The translations under genes were made by a program, and so were the position numbers. This document shows positions 1 through 9,897 of a stretch of DNA of 64,000 nucleotides, one piece after another. The DNA comes from Candidatus Marinacidobacterales bacterium (GTDB lineage: Bacteria; Acidobacteriota; Vicinamibacteria; Marinacidobacterales; SMYC01), in the NCBI GenBank assembly GCA_965224085.1, contig CBDCYI010000011.1:1440001-1504000 (forward strand). The letters run 5' to 3'. The notes under the pieces are model-generated. The model did no database searches and was not told the DNA's origin. It saw only the letters and a list, made by a program, of their open reading frames with translations. The first letter of the stretch is position 1; every line of letters starts with the position of its first letter.

Positions 1-865
1 GAAACGCTTCCGTAAAGCTTGCGACCACTTTTTCGAGCGACGCAAGGAACATTTTGGTGAGCTCAAAGGCGAGCGCGACGAGAACTTCAAGAAGAAAGAA
101 GCGCTTTGCGAGACCGCCGAATCGCTTCGCGATTCGACCGATTGGATGAAGACCGTAGCCGAGCTGAAACGGCTCCAAGCCGAGTGGCGTACGATAGGCG
201 CCATCCCGCGAAAGAAATCCGATCAAATCTGGAAACGCTTCCGCGAGGCTTGCGATCATTTCTTCGACCGATTCAAGCGGCGGGACGAAGTCGATGCCGA
301 AGACAAACTGAGGCGCCGAGAAGAGCTCGTCGAGACGGCCGCAACGTTTAACGCAGCTGATCCGAACGAGCCTGACGCCGTGGCGGAAAAAGTGAACGAG
401 CTTTGGACGGAGTGGAAGAGCCTCGGCCGGCTTCCCGATTCGGGGCGCGACGTTCAAATTCGGTTCGAGAAAATCGTCTCCGAGCTCGTTTCGAAAGCGC
501 CTGTTGCATTCGCCAATACGGATCTCGACCCGACGGCGAACCGCAAGAAACGCGAGAAGCTCGTGACACGCCTCGAGTCGCTCGTGAGCGATTTCAAACC
601 TGACGAATCCTCGCCAGGCGAGATCGACGAGCTCGAAGATCTTGCCGCGCGGCTGAAGGCCGCCCTCGCGAGCAATACGATCGCGGGAGGCAAGTCGCGC
701 GACCGGGGTCAGGATTGGAAGGAGGCGTCTTTGGAAGTGCGGCGCCTGCGAACGAACTGGCTACGGGTCGCACCCGTTCCCGGAGACGAAGGCCGTGTGC
801 TCGGAGAACGCTTCGACAACGCTTATCGCGATTTCTTCGAGAACAAACCGAGCCCGGGCCGCTAG
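1..865 (+). CDS. DUF349 domain-containing protein, 5'-partial
   Basis: Frame open from base 2; repeated W/F-x-R-F-R-x-A-C-D-H-F-F and LQAEWRTIG helical repeats typical of DUF349. Confidence 0.8.
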   Translation, partial: KRFRKACDHFFERRKEHFGELKGERDENFKKKEALCETAESLRDSTDWMKTVAELKRLQAEWRTIGAIPRKKSDQIWKRFREACDHFFDRFKRRDEVDAEDKLRRREELVETAATFNAADPNEPDAVAEKVNELWTEWKSLGRLPDSGRDVQIRFEKIVSELVSKAPVAFANTDLDPTANRKKREKLVTRLESLVSDFKPDESSPGEIDELEDLAARLKAALASNTIAGGKSRDRGQDWKEASLEVRRLRTNWLRVAPVPGDEGRVLGERFDNAYRDFFENKPSPGR

Positions 866-939
866 GGCGCGAACAGACCCCCTATCGCCACATCCCCGTG
901 CCTTTCACTCAACACTTCGCACGGCGCGCTCTGTTCTGG

Positions 940-3432
940 TCAGGCGTTGTGTAAGCGCAGGGCGTTCGCTACGACCGAGACCGAGCTCATCGCCATCGCG
1001 CCTGCGGCGATCACCGGGGACAACAACACGCTGAAAACGGGATAGAGGACACCTGCGGCGATAGGGATTCCGAGAGCGTTGTAGAAAAAGGCCCAGAAGA
1101 GATTCTGGCGGATGATGCGCATCGTCTTTCTCGAAAGGCGGACAGCATCCACCACGCCTCGGAGCTTGCCGTCTACGAGAGTTACGTCCGAAGCCTCGAT
1201 AGCGATATCCGTACCGCTCCCGATCGCAATGCCTACATCTGCCTGAGCGAGCGCGGGGGCATCGTTGATGCCGTCTCCCACCATCGCCGTGCGCTTGCCG
1301 CTTTTCTGGATTTTCGCGACTTCCTGGGCCTTCAGCTGCGGAAGCACGCCCGCCATGACTTTGGCTTTATCTATCCCCACGCTTGCGGCAATGTTGCGGG
1401 CAACGACTTCACTGTCGCCGGTAATCATCACGGGCTCGAGGCCATCCGCTTTCATTTCGCGGATAGCTTCCGCCGAGCCCTCCTTCACGGTGTCGGCGAC
1501 TCCCAACATCCCAACGAGATCACCGTCGCAGGCGACGAACATCGTGCTCTTGCCTTCGGAGGCAAGCTGCTCGGCGCCGTCCACCAAACGACCGAGACCA
1601 ACGCCGCGCTCCTCCATCAATAGCGCGTTGCCGACTAGAATCTCTTGGTCACCGATCCGCGCGCGCACACCCTTGCCCGGCAGTGCCTCGAACTCCGACG
1701 GCGTTTTCAGAAGGTCGCCGCGTCCACCAGCATAAGCGACGATCGCCTGCCCGGCAGGATGCTCGGAAGCCTTCTCCGCGGCGGCGGCATAGGCGAGAAC
1801 GAGCCGGGTATCCTGCTCCCCGGCGGAGACGACGTCGGTGACTTGGAGCGAGCCTTGTGTGATCGTGCCTGTCTTGTCGAGCACGACCGACTCGACCGCG
1901 TGCAGGAGCTCTAGGGTTTCGGCCGATTTAATCAAGATGCCTCGTGTCGCGCCCCGACCAGTGGCGACCACGATCGCAGTCGGCGTGGCGAGACCCAACG
2001 CGCAGGGACAGGCGATGATGAGAACTGCGATCGCGTTTCCTAATGCCATCGGAACCGAAGGCCCAAGCACCATCCACACGCCGAACGTCGCCGCCGCAAT
2101 CGCGATGACACAAGGTACAAAGACGCCCGAGATCTTGTCCGCAAGCCGCTGCACCGGCGCTTTCGAGCCTTGAGCGTCCTGAACAAGTTTCACGATCGAC
2201 GCCAACGTCGTTTGCGCGCCAACGCGCTCGACTTCGAACTGAAACGCGCCCGTCTTGTTGAAGGTGCCGCCCGTCACCGTGTCGCCCGGGCCTTTGTCCA
2301 CCGGCAGACTCTCGCCCGTAAGAAAGGACTCGTCGAGCGTCGAGCGGCCGCTTTTGATGGTTCCGTCGAGCGGTACTTTGTCTCCAGGCCGAACCGCGAG
2401 GAGGTCGCCGACCCGGACGTCGCTCACGGGTACGTCCCGTTCTTCGCCGTCGACCCCGCCCACAACGAGCCGCGCCGCGTCCGGTTGGAGCTCGAGGAGC
2501 TTTTGGATCGCGGACGAGGCTCTTCCCTTCGCGCGCGCCTCCAGAAGCTTTCCGAAGAGCACGAGGGTGATGATCATGGCGGCCGAGTCGAAGTAGAGGA
2601 CAGGCTCGACACCGCCCGCCATTAAGAATCCCGGCATGACGGTTGCGGCAACACTGTAGAGATAAGCCGCCCCGGTACCGATTGCTATCAAGCTATCCAT
2701 GTTGAACGAGAACGTCGAAAGCCCCGCCACGAAGCCCGAGAGAAACTGACGGCCACACCAAAACAAGACAGGCGTGGACGCCATCCAGATTAGGACCGCT
2801 CGAAGCCCGCCGGTCGCTCCGATGGTCTCGGATGACACCATGCTGAGCATCATAATGACAGCCGAGAGCAGCGCCGAGACAATCGTCTTAGTCTTGAGCG
2901 TCTCGTATTGCTGGGCGCGCAAGGTCGCCGCAGTTTCGTCCGCGTCCCGGCTCAGAGGGCCGGAGACAATGAGACGATAAGGGCCCGCCGAAGACACAGA
3001 AGCGTCGATCCGTGAAAGGTCGACCCGTTTCGGATCGTAGTCGACCGAGACCCGTTCAGTCGCAAAGTTGACCGAAGCTCGGGAAACGCCGTCGAGCTTT
3101 CCCACCGAGCGCTCGATCGCGCTCACGCAGGCGGCACAGTGCATTCCTGCCACTGGAAGGTCGAGACGCTCTTCCGATGAGCGGACGCTTGCGGGACGGG
3201 GCGACGAGCCGGTCGACCCAATCACGCGAAGCGCGACCAGACCCGTCATTTGGGCGCCTGCAGGAGCATCCGCCTTCAAGAACGCCTCCGGGTCCTCCTC
3301 GAACGCGGTCTTGCAACCGGCGGCGCAAAAAACGTAGAGCTCGTCCTTATAGGTCGTCTTGTGTGGCGCGGTCTCGGGATCCACCGACATGCCGCAAACG
3401 GGATCCGTCAACACTTTGGCCGCAGCTTTCAT
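940..3432 (-). CDS. copA: Copper-translocating P1B-type ATPase with N-terminal YHS and HMA domains
   Basis: DPVCGM YHS domain, GMHCAAC HMA, TGES, CPC, DKTGT, GDGIND, YN and MAMSS motifs. Confidence 0.95.
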   Translation of the reverse strand: MKAAAKVLTDPVCGMSVDPETAPHKTTYKDELYVFCAAGCKTAFEEDPEAFLKADAPAGAQMTGLVALRVIGSTGSSPRPASVRSSEERLDLPVAGMHCAACVSAIERSVGKLDGVSRASVNFATERVSVDYDPKRVDLSRIDASVSSAGPYRLIVSGPLSRDADETAATLRAQQYETLKTKTIVSALLSAVIMMLSMVSSETIGATGGLRAVLIWMASTPVLFWCGRQFLSGFVAGLSTFSFNMDSLIAIGTGAAYLYSVAATVMPGFLMAGGVEPVLYFDSAAMIITLVLFGKLLEARAKGRASSAIQKLLELQPDAARLVVGGVDGEERDVPVSDVRVGDLLAVRPGDKVPLDGTIKSGRSTLDESFLTGESLPVDKGPGDTVTGGTFNKTGAFQFEVERVGAQTTLASIVKLVQDAQGSKAPVQRLADKISGVFVPCVIAIAAATFGVWMVLGPSVPMALGNAIAVLIIACPCALGLATPTAIVVATGRGATRGILIKSAETLELLHAVESVVLDKTGTITQGSLQVTDVVSAGEQDTRLVLAYAAAAEKASEHPAGQAIVAYAGGRGDLLKTPSEFEALPGKGVRARIGDQEILVGNALLMEERGVGLGRLVDGAEQLASEGKSTMFVACDGDLVGMLGVADTVKEGSAEAIREMKADGLEPVMITGDSEVVARNIAASVGIDKAKVMAGVLPQLKAQEVAKIQKSGKRTAMVGDGINDAPALAQADVGIAIGSGTDIAIEASDVTLVDGKLRGVVDAVRLSRKTMRIIRQNLFWAFFYNALGIPIAAGVLYPVFSVLLSPVIAAGAMAMSSVSVVANALRLHNA

Positions 3433-3580
3433 GAATTCCTCGAAGGCCCGTCGAGTCTAGCACAGGAGATCGAGACGGCACTTGCCCGCGGGGTTCATCC
3501 TGCTTACTCTTGAATGCGTGAACGATGCTCAGAAGCTCGCGCACGAAATCCAGCCGCCGCTGACCTCTCTGGAGGTGCAA

Positions 3581-4119
3581 GTGAACAACCACCGCCTAGA
3601 AGGCGGTGGCTTCAAGGGCTGTCAATTGGAAATTGACTGTCGTCGTGAAGAGGCTCGCCATCCTGGGAGTCTATGTACTCCTTTACCATCTCGTCCGTTA
3701 TGCTTCCTGAACTCACCGCCAGATATCCTCGGGCCCAGAAGTGCCGGCCCCAAAACTTCTTCCTCAGGTGAGCAAACTCCTGAAGGAGTACTCGGGAGCT
3801 TATTCCTTTTAGCCACTGCACGATCGTACTCAGGTCCTGGTGTGGTCGGTAGGATACGAACACGTGGACGTGGTCGCGTGCAACCTTACCCGAGATTATG
3901 TGCAGCTCATGTTCCATCGCGATCTGACGAATCAGATCGCGCACACGAACCGCTACTGGACCGATCAAAACCTTTTTACGATATTTCGGTATCCAAACGA
4001 TGTGCGCTTTTAGGTCCGTTTTCGTGTGCGCTCCGTGCCTGTAGTGACGCACGCGACCACAATACCACGATCTTCTCTTCGCCTAAAGGCGAGGGTTTCG
4101 ACCATCCCCGGAAGAGACA
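3581..4119 (-). mobile_element. IS200/IS605-family insertion sequence (TnpA only), 539 bp
   Basis: Subterminal hairpins CCACCGCCT-aga-AGGCGGTGG (3589-3609) and TCGCCT-aa-AGGCGA (4079-4092); right end TCAC; TTAG target on the minus strand; no TSD; removal restores the host frame. Confidence 0.9.
3612..4052 (-). CDS. tnpA: IS200/IS605 Y1 (HUH) transposase
   Basis: HIVWIPKYRK, DHVH HUH motif, LKGISSR, FWARGY, catalytic Tyr in VKEYI. Confidence 0.95.
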   Translation of the reverse strand: MRHYRHGAHTKTDLKAHIVWIPKYRKKVLIGPVAVRVRDLIRQIAMEHELHIISGKVARDHVHVFVSYRPHQDLSTIVQWLKGISSRVLLQEFAHLRKKFWGRHFWARGYLAVSSGSITDEMVKEYIDSQDGEPLHDDSQFPIDSP

Positions 4120-4757
4120 CTAAGAACTCTCATCGAGCAGAACCCGGCGAACACCGCCATCGAAAACTGTTTGCATGAAGTGGAGGCGCTCAAATCGCTC
4201 GTCGCAAGATTCCTCGAGCTCGACATGCCGGCCGCGCCTCACAACCGTTGGCCACTGTCGACCGTGCTGGCGCGGATTGAAAGACGCTTTCGCCCGATAG
4301 CGGGGGCCCGGCTTATTCGGCTCGAGATCGATCACGCCGAGGCCGAAGCTCGGGGCGATCCGCTTGCCACCGAACGCATCCTCACCAACCTCGTTGATAA
4401 CGCCATCAAGTTCTCGCGCAAGGGCGGTCTTGTGCGTGTGCACGTTCAGCATCGAGATGGCCATCTCCACATCGAAGTCAGCGACGATGGCCCCGGCATT
4501 CCGAACGAGGCACAAGAGCGCGTCTTTGAGCCTTTTGTTCGCCTCGACCATGAGGCGCCGGGCGCCGGGCGCGGGCTCGCGATCGGAAGAAGGCTCGCCG
4601 AGGCACAAAACGGCAGCTTGCGACTCGATAGCACGCGAGACGTCGGTGCGTGCTTCCTTCTGACGTTGAAGTCCCCGTGAACCTGCTCGCCTGTCCCAAT
4701 TTGCGGGATCGAGCAATATTGACTCAAACTCCGTATCTAGTGTAGCGTCGACGGCGA

Positions 4758-5270
4758 ATGACGTTGAGACCCATCGTGAAGTTCGGTGCCAACGAGCTCG
4801 ACATCCGCTCCGAGGAGATCACCGATTTTACCGACGAGCTCGAAAGCCTTGCAAAAGACATGGTGCAGACGATGTACGCCGCACCCGGCGTCGGCCTCGC
4901 GGCACCTCAAATTGGATTGAATACGCGCCTGATGGTCATCGACATCACTGTCGGCGAGGACGCCGAACAGCTGATCGTGATGGCTAATCCCGTCTTACTC
5001 GAGCAAGAGGGCGAGCAACATGAAGAGGAAGGCTGTCTCTCGGTGCCGGGCTATGCAGGCGTCGTCTCGCGTGCTGCCTGGGTCAAGGTGCGTGGCCAAG
5101 ATCTGAAGGGTAAACAGATCACGATGGAAGGAACGGGGCTCCTGGCGCGCGCTTTTTGTCACGAGATCGACCACCTAGATGGGAAGCTGTTCATCGAGCG
5201 TCTCGGTGTTTTGAAGCGAGATCTACTCAAGCGGAAGCTCCGGAAACTAATTCGACAGGGCGAGTGGTAG
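4758..5270 (+). CDS. def: Peptide deformylase
   Basis: GVGLAAPQIG, EGCLS, HEIDH motifs. Confidence 0.97.
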   Translation: MTLRPIVKFGANELDIRSEEITDFTDELESLAKDMVQTMYAAPGVGLAAPQIGLNTRLMVIDITVGEDAEQLIVMANPVLLEQEGEQHEEEGCLSVPGYAGVVSRAAWVKVRGQDLKGKQITMEGTGLLARAFCHEIDHLDGKLFIERLGVLKRDLLKRKLRKLIRQGEW

Positions 5271-5280
5271 ACCGCAAGCG

Positions 5281-6246
5281 ATGAAGCTCGTCTTCATGGG
5301 CTCCGGCGCGTTCGCGGTGCCATCGCTCGAAGCTCTCTTCGCCTCCTCGACCCATCGCGTCGTCGCAGTCTTCACCCAGCCTGACAAGCCGGCCGGCCGG
5401 GGACACCATCTCCGGCTCCCTCCGACGAAAGAGGTCGCGCTTGCGCACGGCGTCGCCGTCCACCAGCCCGCCAAAGTGCGGAGCCCCGAGAGCATCGCGC
5501 TCATCGAAGAGCTCGTGCCAGATTGCATCGTCGTCGTCGCCTACGGGCAGATCATTCCCAAAGCGATCCTAGACATCCCTCCGCGCGGCGTCATCAACGT
5601 CCATGGGTCACTCCTCCCGCGCTATCGCGGCGCGGCGCCGATTCAGTGGGCCATTGCACAGGGTGAGACGCAGACCGGGGTCACGACGATGTTGATGGAC
5701 GAGGGCCTGGACACCGGCGCGATCCTTCTCGTGGAGCCTGTGGCGATAGGTCCCGAAGACACGACGGCCACCCTGTCACCCAAGCTTTCCTTTGTGGGTG
5801 CCGCACTTGTCGAGCAAACGCTCGACAAGTGGGCCGAAAAACAGCTCACCCCCATCCCGCAAAACGACGCCCAGGCAACGAAAGCGCCGCGTATCAAGAA
5901 GGAGGACGCGCGCATCGATTGGCACCAATCCGCGGAGCAGATCGCGTGTCGTGTGCGCGCATTCGATCCGTGGCCGGTCGCCTTTACCGAGCTCGAGAAC
6001 GCTGTCCTGAAAGTCTGGAAAGCAGCACCATCGACGGCAACGATGTCGGGCCAGCCCGGCGGGCCCGGTGAGATTATCAGCGTCCATGCGAACGGGATCG
6101 GCGTCGTCTGCGGCGAAGGCAGTTGGCTCCTCGTACAGGAGGTTCAACTTTACGGAAAATCTCGAATGACCGCGGCAGCCTTCGCTCACGGCAAACGCCT
6201 GGGCGTCGCGACGAGCTTCGGATCTCACTCGGAGCAGCCGCGATAG
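5281..6246 (+). CDS. fmt: Methionyl-tRNA formyltransferase
   Basis: VFMGS, TQPDKPAGRG, NVHGSLLPRYRGAAPIQ; follows def. Confidence 0.97.
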   Translation: MKLVFMGSGAFAVPSLEALFASSTHRVVAVFTQPDKPAGRGHHLRLPPTKEVALAHGVAVHQPAKVRSPESIALIEELVPDCIVVVAYGQIIPKAILDIPPRGVINVHGSLLPRYRGAAPIQWAIAQGETQTGVTTMLMDEGLDTGAILLVEPVAIGPEDTTATLSPKLSFVGAALVEQTLDKWAEKQLTPIPQNDAQATKAPRIKKEDARIDWHQSAEQIACRVRAFDPWPVAFTELENAVLKVWKAAPSTATMSGQPGGPGEIISVHANGIGVVCGEGSWLLVQEVQLYGKSRMTAAAFAHGKRLGVATSFGSHSEQPR

Positions 6247-6249
6247 AAT

Positions 6250-7143
6250 GTGGGCGTGCGATTTCTCCGATGGGTGCTCGGCCTCGTCGCGCTACTTGCG
6301 GTTTTGTACCTCTATTTCGCGACCCTCCATCCTCACCAACGCATAAGCCAACACGTCTTTTTCGAGGCACCGGGCCCGTGGGCCATTGCTCACCAAGGCG
6401 GCCGTGGTCTATGGCCGGAGAACACGCTCTACGCTTTCGAGCACGCGCGCGATCTCGGGGTCGACGTGCTCGAGATGGATCTCCGCACGACGGCGGATGA
6501 TCACATCGTGGTTATCCACGACCGCACGGTCGACGACACCACGGACGGTAGAGGGTTCGTCTCCGCGATGACGCTCGACGAGCTTCAAGAGCTTGACGCG
6601 GGCTATCGTGAAGGCGGGGATTTCGCAGTTGGCGAAGACAAGCTTCGCGTACCGGCCCTTCGCGAGGTGCTGACGGCCTTCGGGAGCTCTCGGTTGAATC
6701 TCGAGATGAAAGAATTCACGCCCGAAGAGGCCTTGTCCCTTTGCTGCCTGTTGCAAGAGTTCGACGCCGAGGCGCGCGTGCTCGTGGCATCGTTCGGTCA
6801 CGAGCCCATGTTGGCGTTTCGCAGGAAGTGCCCTTCCGTCGCGACGAGCGCGACGCTCCGAGAGACCCTCGTTTTCTATCAACTCCACCGTCTCAGCCTC
6901 GGAAGCCTCTATCGAAGCCCCGCCGTCGCGTTTCAGGTGCCGGACGACCCCCGTGTGATCGAGCCCGGTTTTCTCGAGCGCGCACGAGCCGCCAATATCC
7001 AAGTCCAGGTATGGACGATCAACGAGGCCGCCGATATGAAACGCCTGCTCGACATGGGCGTTCAGGGAATCCTGACCGATTATCCCGACCGGCTCTTGAC
7101 CGAACCCGCCTTCGCTAAAGCTTCGGCGAGGCAGGCCCGCTAA
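6250..7143 (+). CDS. Glycerophosphodiester phosphodiesterase
   Basis: IAHQGG, PENT, EMD, HD, WTIN, ILTDYP motifs; N-terminal membrane anchor. Confidence 0.9.
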   Translation: MGVRFLRWVLGLVALLAVLYLYFATLHPHQRISQHVFFEAPGPWAIAHQGGRGLWPENTLYAFEHARDLGVDVLEMDLRTTADDHIVVIHDRTVDDTTDGRGFVSAMTLDELQELDAGYREGGDFAVGEDKLRVPALREVLTAFGSSRLNLEMKEFTPEEALSLCCLLQEFDAEARVLVASFGHEPMLAFRRKCPSVATSATLRETLVFYQLHRLSLGSLYRSPAVAFQVPDDPRVIEPGFLERARAANIQVQVWTINEAADMKRLLDMGVQGILTDYPDRLLTEPAFAKASARQAR

Positions 7144-7161
7144 AGCTTCGGCTGGCAAGCC
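7105..7161. repeat. REP-like palindromic element, two partial copies of CGCTAAAGCTTCGGC
   Basis: CCGCCTTCGCTAAAGCTTCGGCGAGGCAGGCC followed by CGCTAAAGCTTCGGCTGGCAAGCC between convergent genes. Confidence 0.6.
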
Positions 7162-7189
7162 GTAGCCTCTTCGGACGCGGGTTCAAGCA

Positions 7190-9831
7190 CTAGTTCTCTG
7201 GCGCGCCCGAGTCGCCGTCGTTCTCTTTGTCGTCGGCGCCTTCTTTCTCCGTTTCCGCGTCCTTGTCGACGTCTTTCTCCTGACGCGCGGCGGCGCGCAG
7301 GTCACGCGCCATCTGAGCGAGGCGTCGCTCGACCTTGCCATAGACGCTGGCTTCAGGGTAGCTGCCGTCTTCACCTTCGGCACCCGCCACCGTGCTCGTC
7401 AAGATCTCGATACCTTGCTCGATCGTCGAAACGGGATAGACGTGAAAATCTCCCGCCGCCACCGCTTCGACGACGCTCTTTCGGAGCATGAGGTCCGGAA
7501 CGTTCGCGCGAGGGATCATGACCCCTTGCTCCCCGGTCAAACCAAAAGACTTGCAGGTGTCGAAAAAGCCCTCGATCTTCTCGTTCACGCCTCCAATCGC
7601 TTGCACTTCGCCTTTTTGGTTCACCGAGCCAGTGACGGCGATGTCTTGCCGTAGCGGGAGCCCGGAGAGGGCCGAGACGAGTGCGTAGAGCTCGGTCGAC
7701 GATGCGCTGTCCCCATCGACTCCGCTATAGCTCTGCTCGAATGCCAAGCTCGCGGACAACGTTAAGGGGCGCCTTTTGGCAAAACGCGAGCGCAGGTAAC
7801 CAGCGAGGATCAACATGCCCTTGTTGTGACTGCGCCCGGAGAGATCGGATTCGCGCTCGATATTGATGATGCCGGCGCGACCAGTCGCGACCGCAGCCGT
7901 GATTTTCGTCGGACGTCCGAAGCGGTAATCCCCCAAATCATAGACTGAAAGGCCGTTCACCTGACCCTCCCGAACGCCTTCGCGTGCGATCATGATGACC
8001 CCCTCTTGGATCATTTCCGAGATGCGGACCTCGATCAGATTCCGGCGTTCGACACGCTCCTCGATCGTGCGATCGATATGCGAGCTCTGGATGATGTCCG
8101 CATTTTCCTGCTGCGCCCAATAATTGGCTTCGCGGAGCAGGTCGGCGATATCACTGAAACGAGTGGAGAGCTTGTTTTGGCTTCCGGAGAGGCGGAGACC
8201 CGCCTCGACGACCGCGGCCGTCGCCGAGCGATCGAAGGGCCGAAGCTTCTCGACCCTGGCAGCGCGGGCAATGAAGCGCGCGTAGCGCTCGATAGACTCG
8301 GGCGTGCGCTCCATGACCGTATCGAAATCCGCTTTGACTTTGAACGTCTTACGGAAGTCGGGGTCGTGCTGGTAGAAAATCTGATAGGACTGCGCATCCC
8401 CGATGAGCACGACCTTGACTTCGACATCAATGGGCTCGGGCTTGAGAGCAGAAGACGTGAACAAAAGGGCGGGGTCGTAGCCTTGGATGTCGACTTTCCC
8501 GCTCTTGAGCGTGCGTTTGAGAGACTGATAGACGCCGGGCTCGGACAAGACTTCGTGAAAGGACAGCACGAGATAGCCGCCCATGGCCTTCAACAAGCTC
8601 CCGGCCTTGATACGAGTGAAGTCGGTATGGGACTGACCGCTGCGATCGAAGCTACGCTCGATCGTGCCGAAAAGGTTCTTGTAGGTGGGGTGGGTCTCCA
8701 CGACAATGGGCGGGCTCGTGATTCCGGAATTGTCGACGAGCAAATTGACGCGGTAGCGGGCAAAGCGATCGGTCTGCGCCACGAGGAGCGCCGCGATCCC
8801 TGCCTGCTCGGAGGTCTCGGGTTTTCGGACGAACTGATCGAGGTTGTCCAGAACGTCGTGCCGGAGATGTTCGAGAAACTGCCCCGTTCTCTCGCCAGGA
8901 AAACGCGCTTTGAGATCTTCGATCCTCGGGTTGATGATCTCGGCGCCGAAACCAAAGACGAGAGCTTTGAGCGCCTCCGAAATCTGGAGCTCGGAGTCGC
9001 GCGCATGTTTCAGCACGTCGTCTAGCTCTTCGGCGAAACCGTCTCGAATCTTGTCGACGCGCTCGTACTCGTCCCGCTCGATCTGGCCCTCGGCGAGCAT
9101 CTGCTCGAGCTCTTCCCCTGGACGAGGCTTGCCGTCGACGATGGGCGCGAGCGCGGTTTTCGTCATGGGCCCGAAACGAATCTCGACGAGCACGAAGTTC
9201 TCATTCTTGATGCGCTCCTCGAACTCTTTGATGATCGCTCGGCCTTTCGATCCCTCCCGCTCGACTAGTGAAGCCCGTCGCTCATTGAACTCGTCCGATT
9301 CGAGCACCGCGGGGACGGTACGGTCTAGATAGTCGACGAGTGCGTCCATGTCTTTGCGCAACTGCAAGCCATCCCCCGCAGGAAGATAGAGTGCTACAGG
9401 GCTGTCCGCATCGTCGAAATTGTTCACGTAGCAGATGTCCGACGGGATCTGGGTAGAGCGATCCTTGATCGTCGAGGATGCTCTTGACGGTCGTTTCCTT
9501 GCCAGTACCTGTAAGCCCCTGAACGAGGATGTTGTAGCCCCGGGACGGCACCATGAGGCCGAGCTGGATCGCTTTGATCGCGCGCTCCTGGCCGATGACG
9601 GGCAACGGTAGCGCAGCTCGTTGGCGGAGAGCTCGGGCATATTGGAAGATGACACGTTTTCTCCTTTTCTAAAATTCGCCCCCAGGGACGAGACCGAATG
9701 ATCTAGCATTCACCTCGATGGTTCTCGAAAGGCGCATCGATCTCTTCCGTCGTTTCGAATGCGAACCTATCGAGCGGGCAACGGTAGCGCAGCTCGTTGG
9801 CGGAGAGCTCGGGCATATTGGAAGATGACAC
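7190..9831 (-). CDS. Lon-like (LonC / S16) AAA protease; 5' end disrupted by a 121-bp insertion and a frameshift near 9472
   Basis: VIGQERA, Walker A GLTGTGKET in an alternative frame, GQVNGL, catalytic GDSAS, IGGVNEKIEGFF; GTG start at 9831 with AGGAG RBS. Confidence 0.85.
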
Positions 9832-9897
9832 GTTTTCTCCTTTTCTAAAATTCGCCCCCAGGGACGAGACCGAATGATCTAGCATTCACCTCGATGG
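9601..9897. repeat. 121-bp direct repeat (9601-9721 = 9777-9897)
   Basis: Identical sequence ggcaacggta...cacctcgatgg read twice, separated by 55 bp. Confidence 0.95.

Larger units (their letters stand above)
3518..4680 (+). pseudogene. HisKA/HATPase histidine kinase interrupted by an IS200/IS605 element
   Basis: H-box LAHEIQPPLTSL left of the IS rejoins in frame with LRTLIEQ... at 4120; N-box NLVDNAIKF, D-box DDGPGI, F-box and G-box GAGRGLAI downstream. Confidence 0.85.

Noticed and set aside
3581-3611. TnpB or omega-RNA associated with the IS200/IS605 element
   Set aside because: The right-end hairpin follows the tnpA stop immediately; there is no room
3482-4123. 213-aa plus-strand ORF as an independent gene
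   Set aside because: It is the kinase N-terminus running through the antisense strand of the IS
8006-9025. Long antisense ORFs (also 28002-29009, 30927-32132, 35104-36348, 58125-59027, 59665-60561)
   Set aside because: Shadow frames of well-supported genes, expected with high GC3; no motifs
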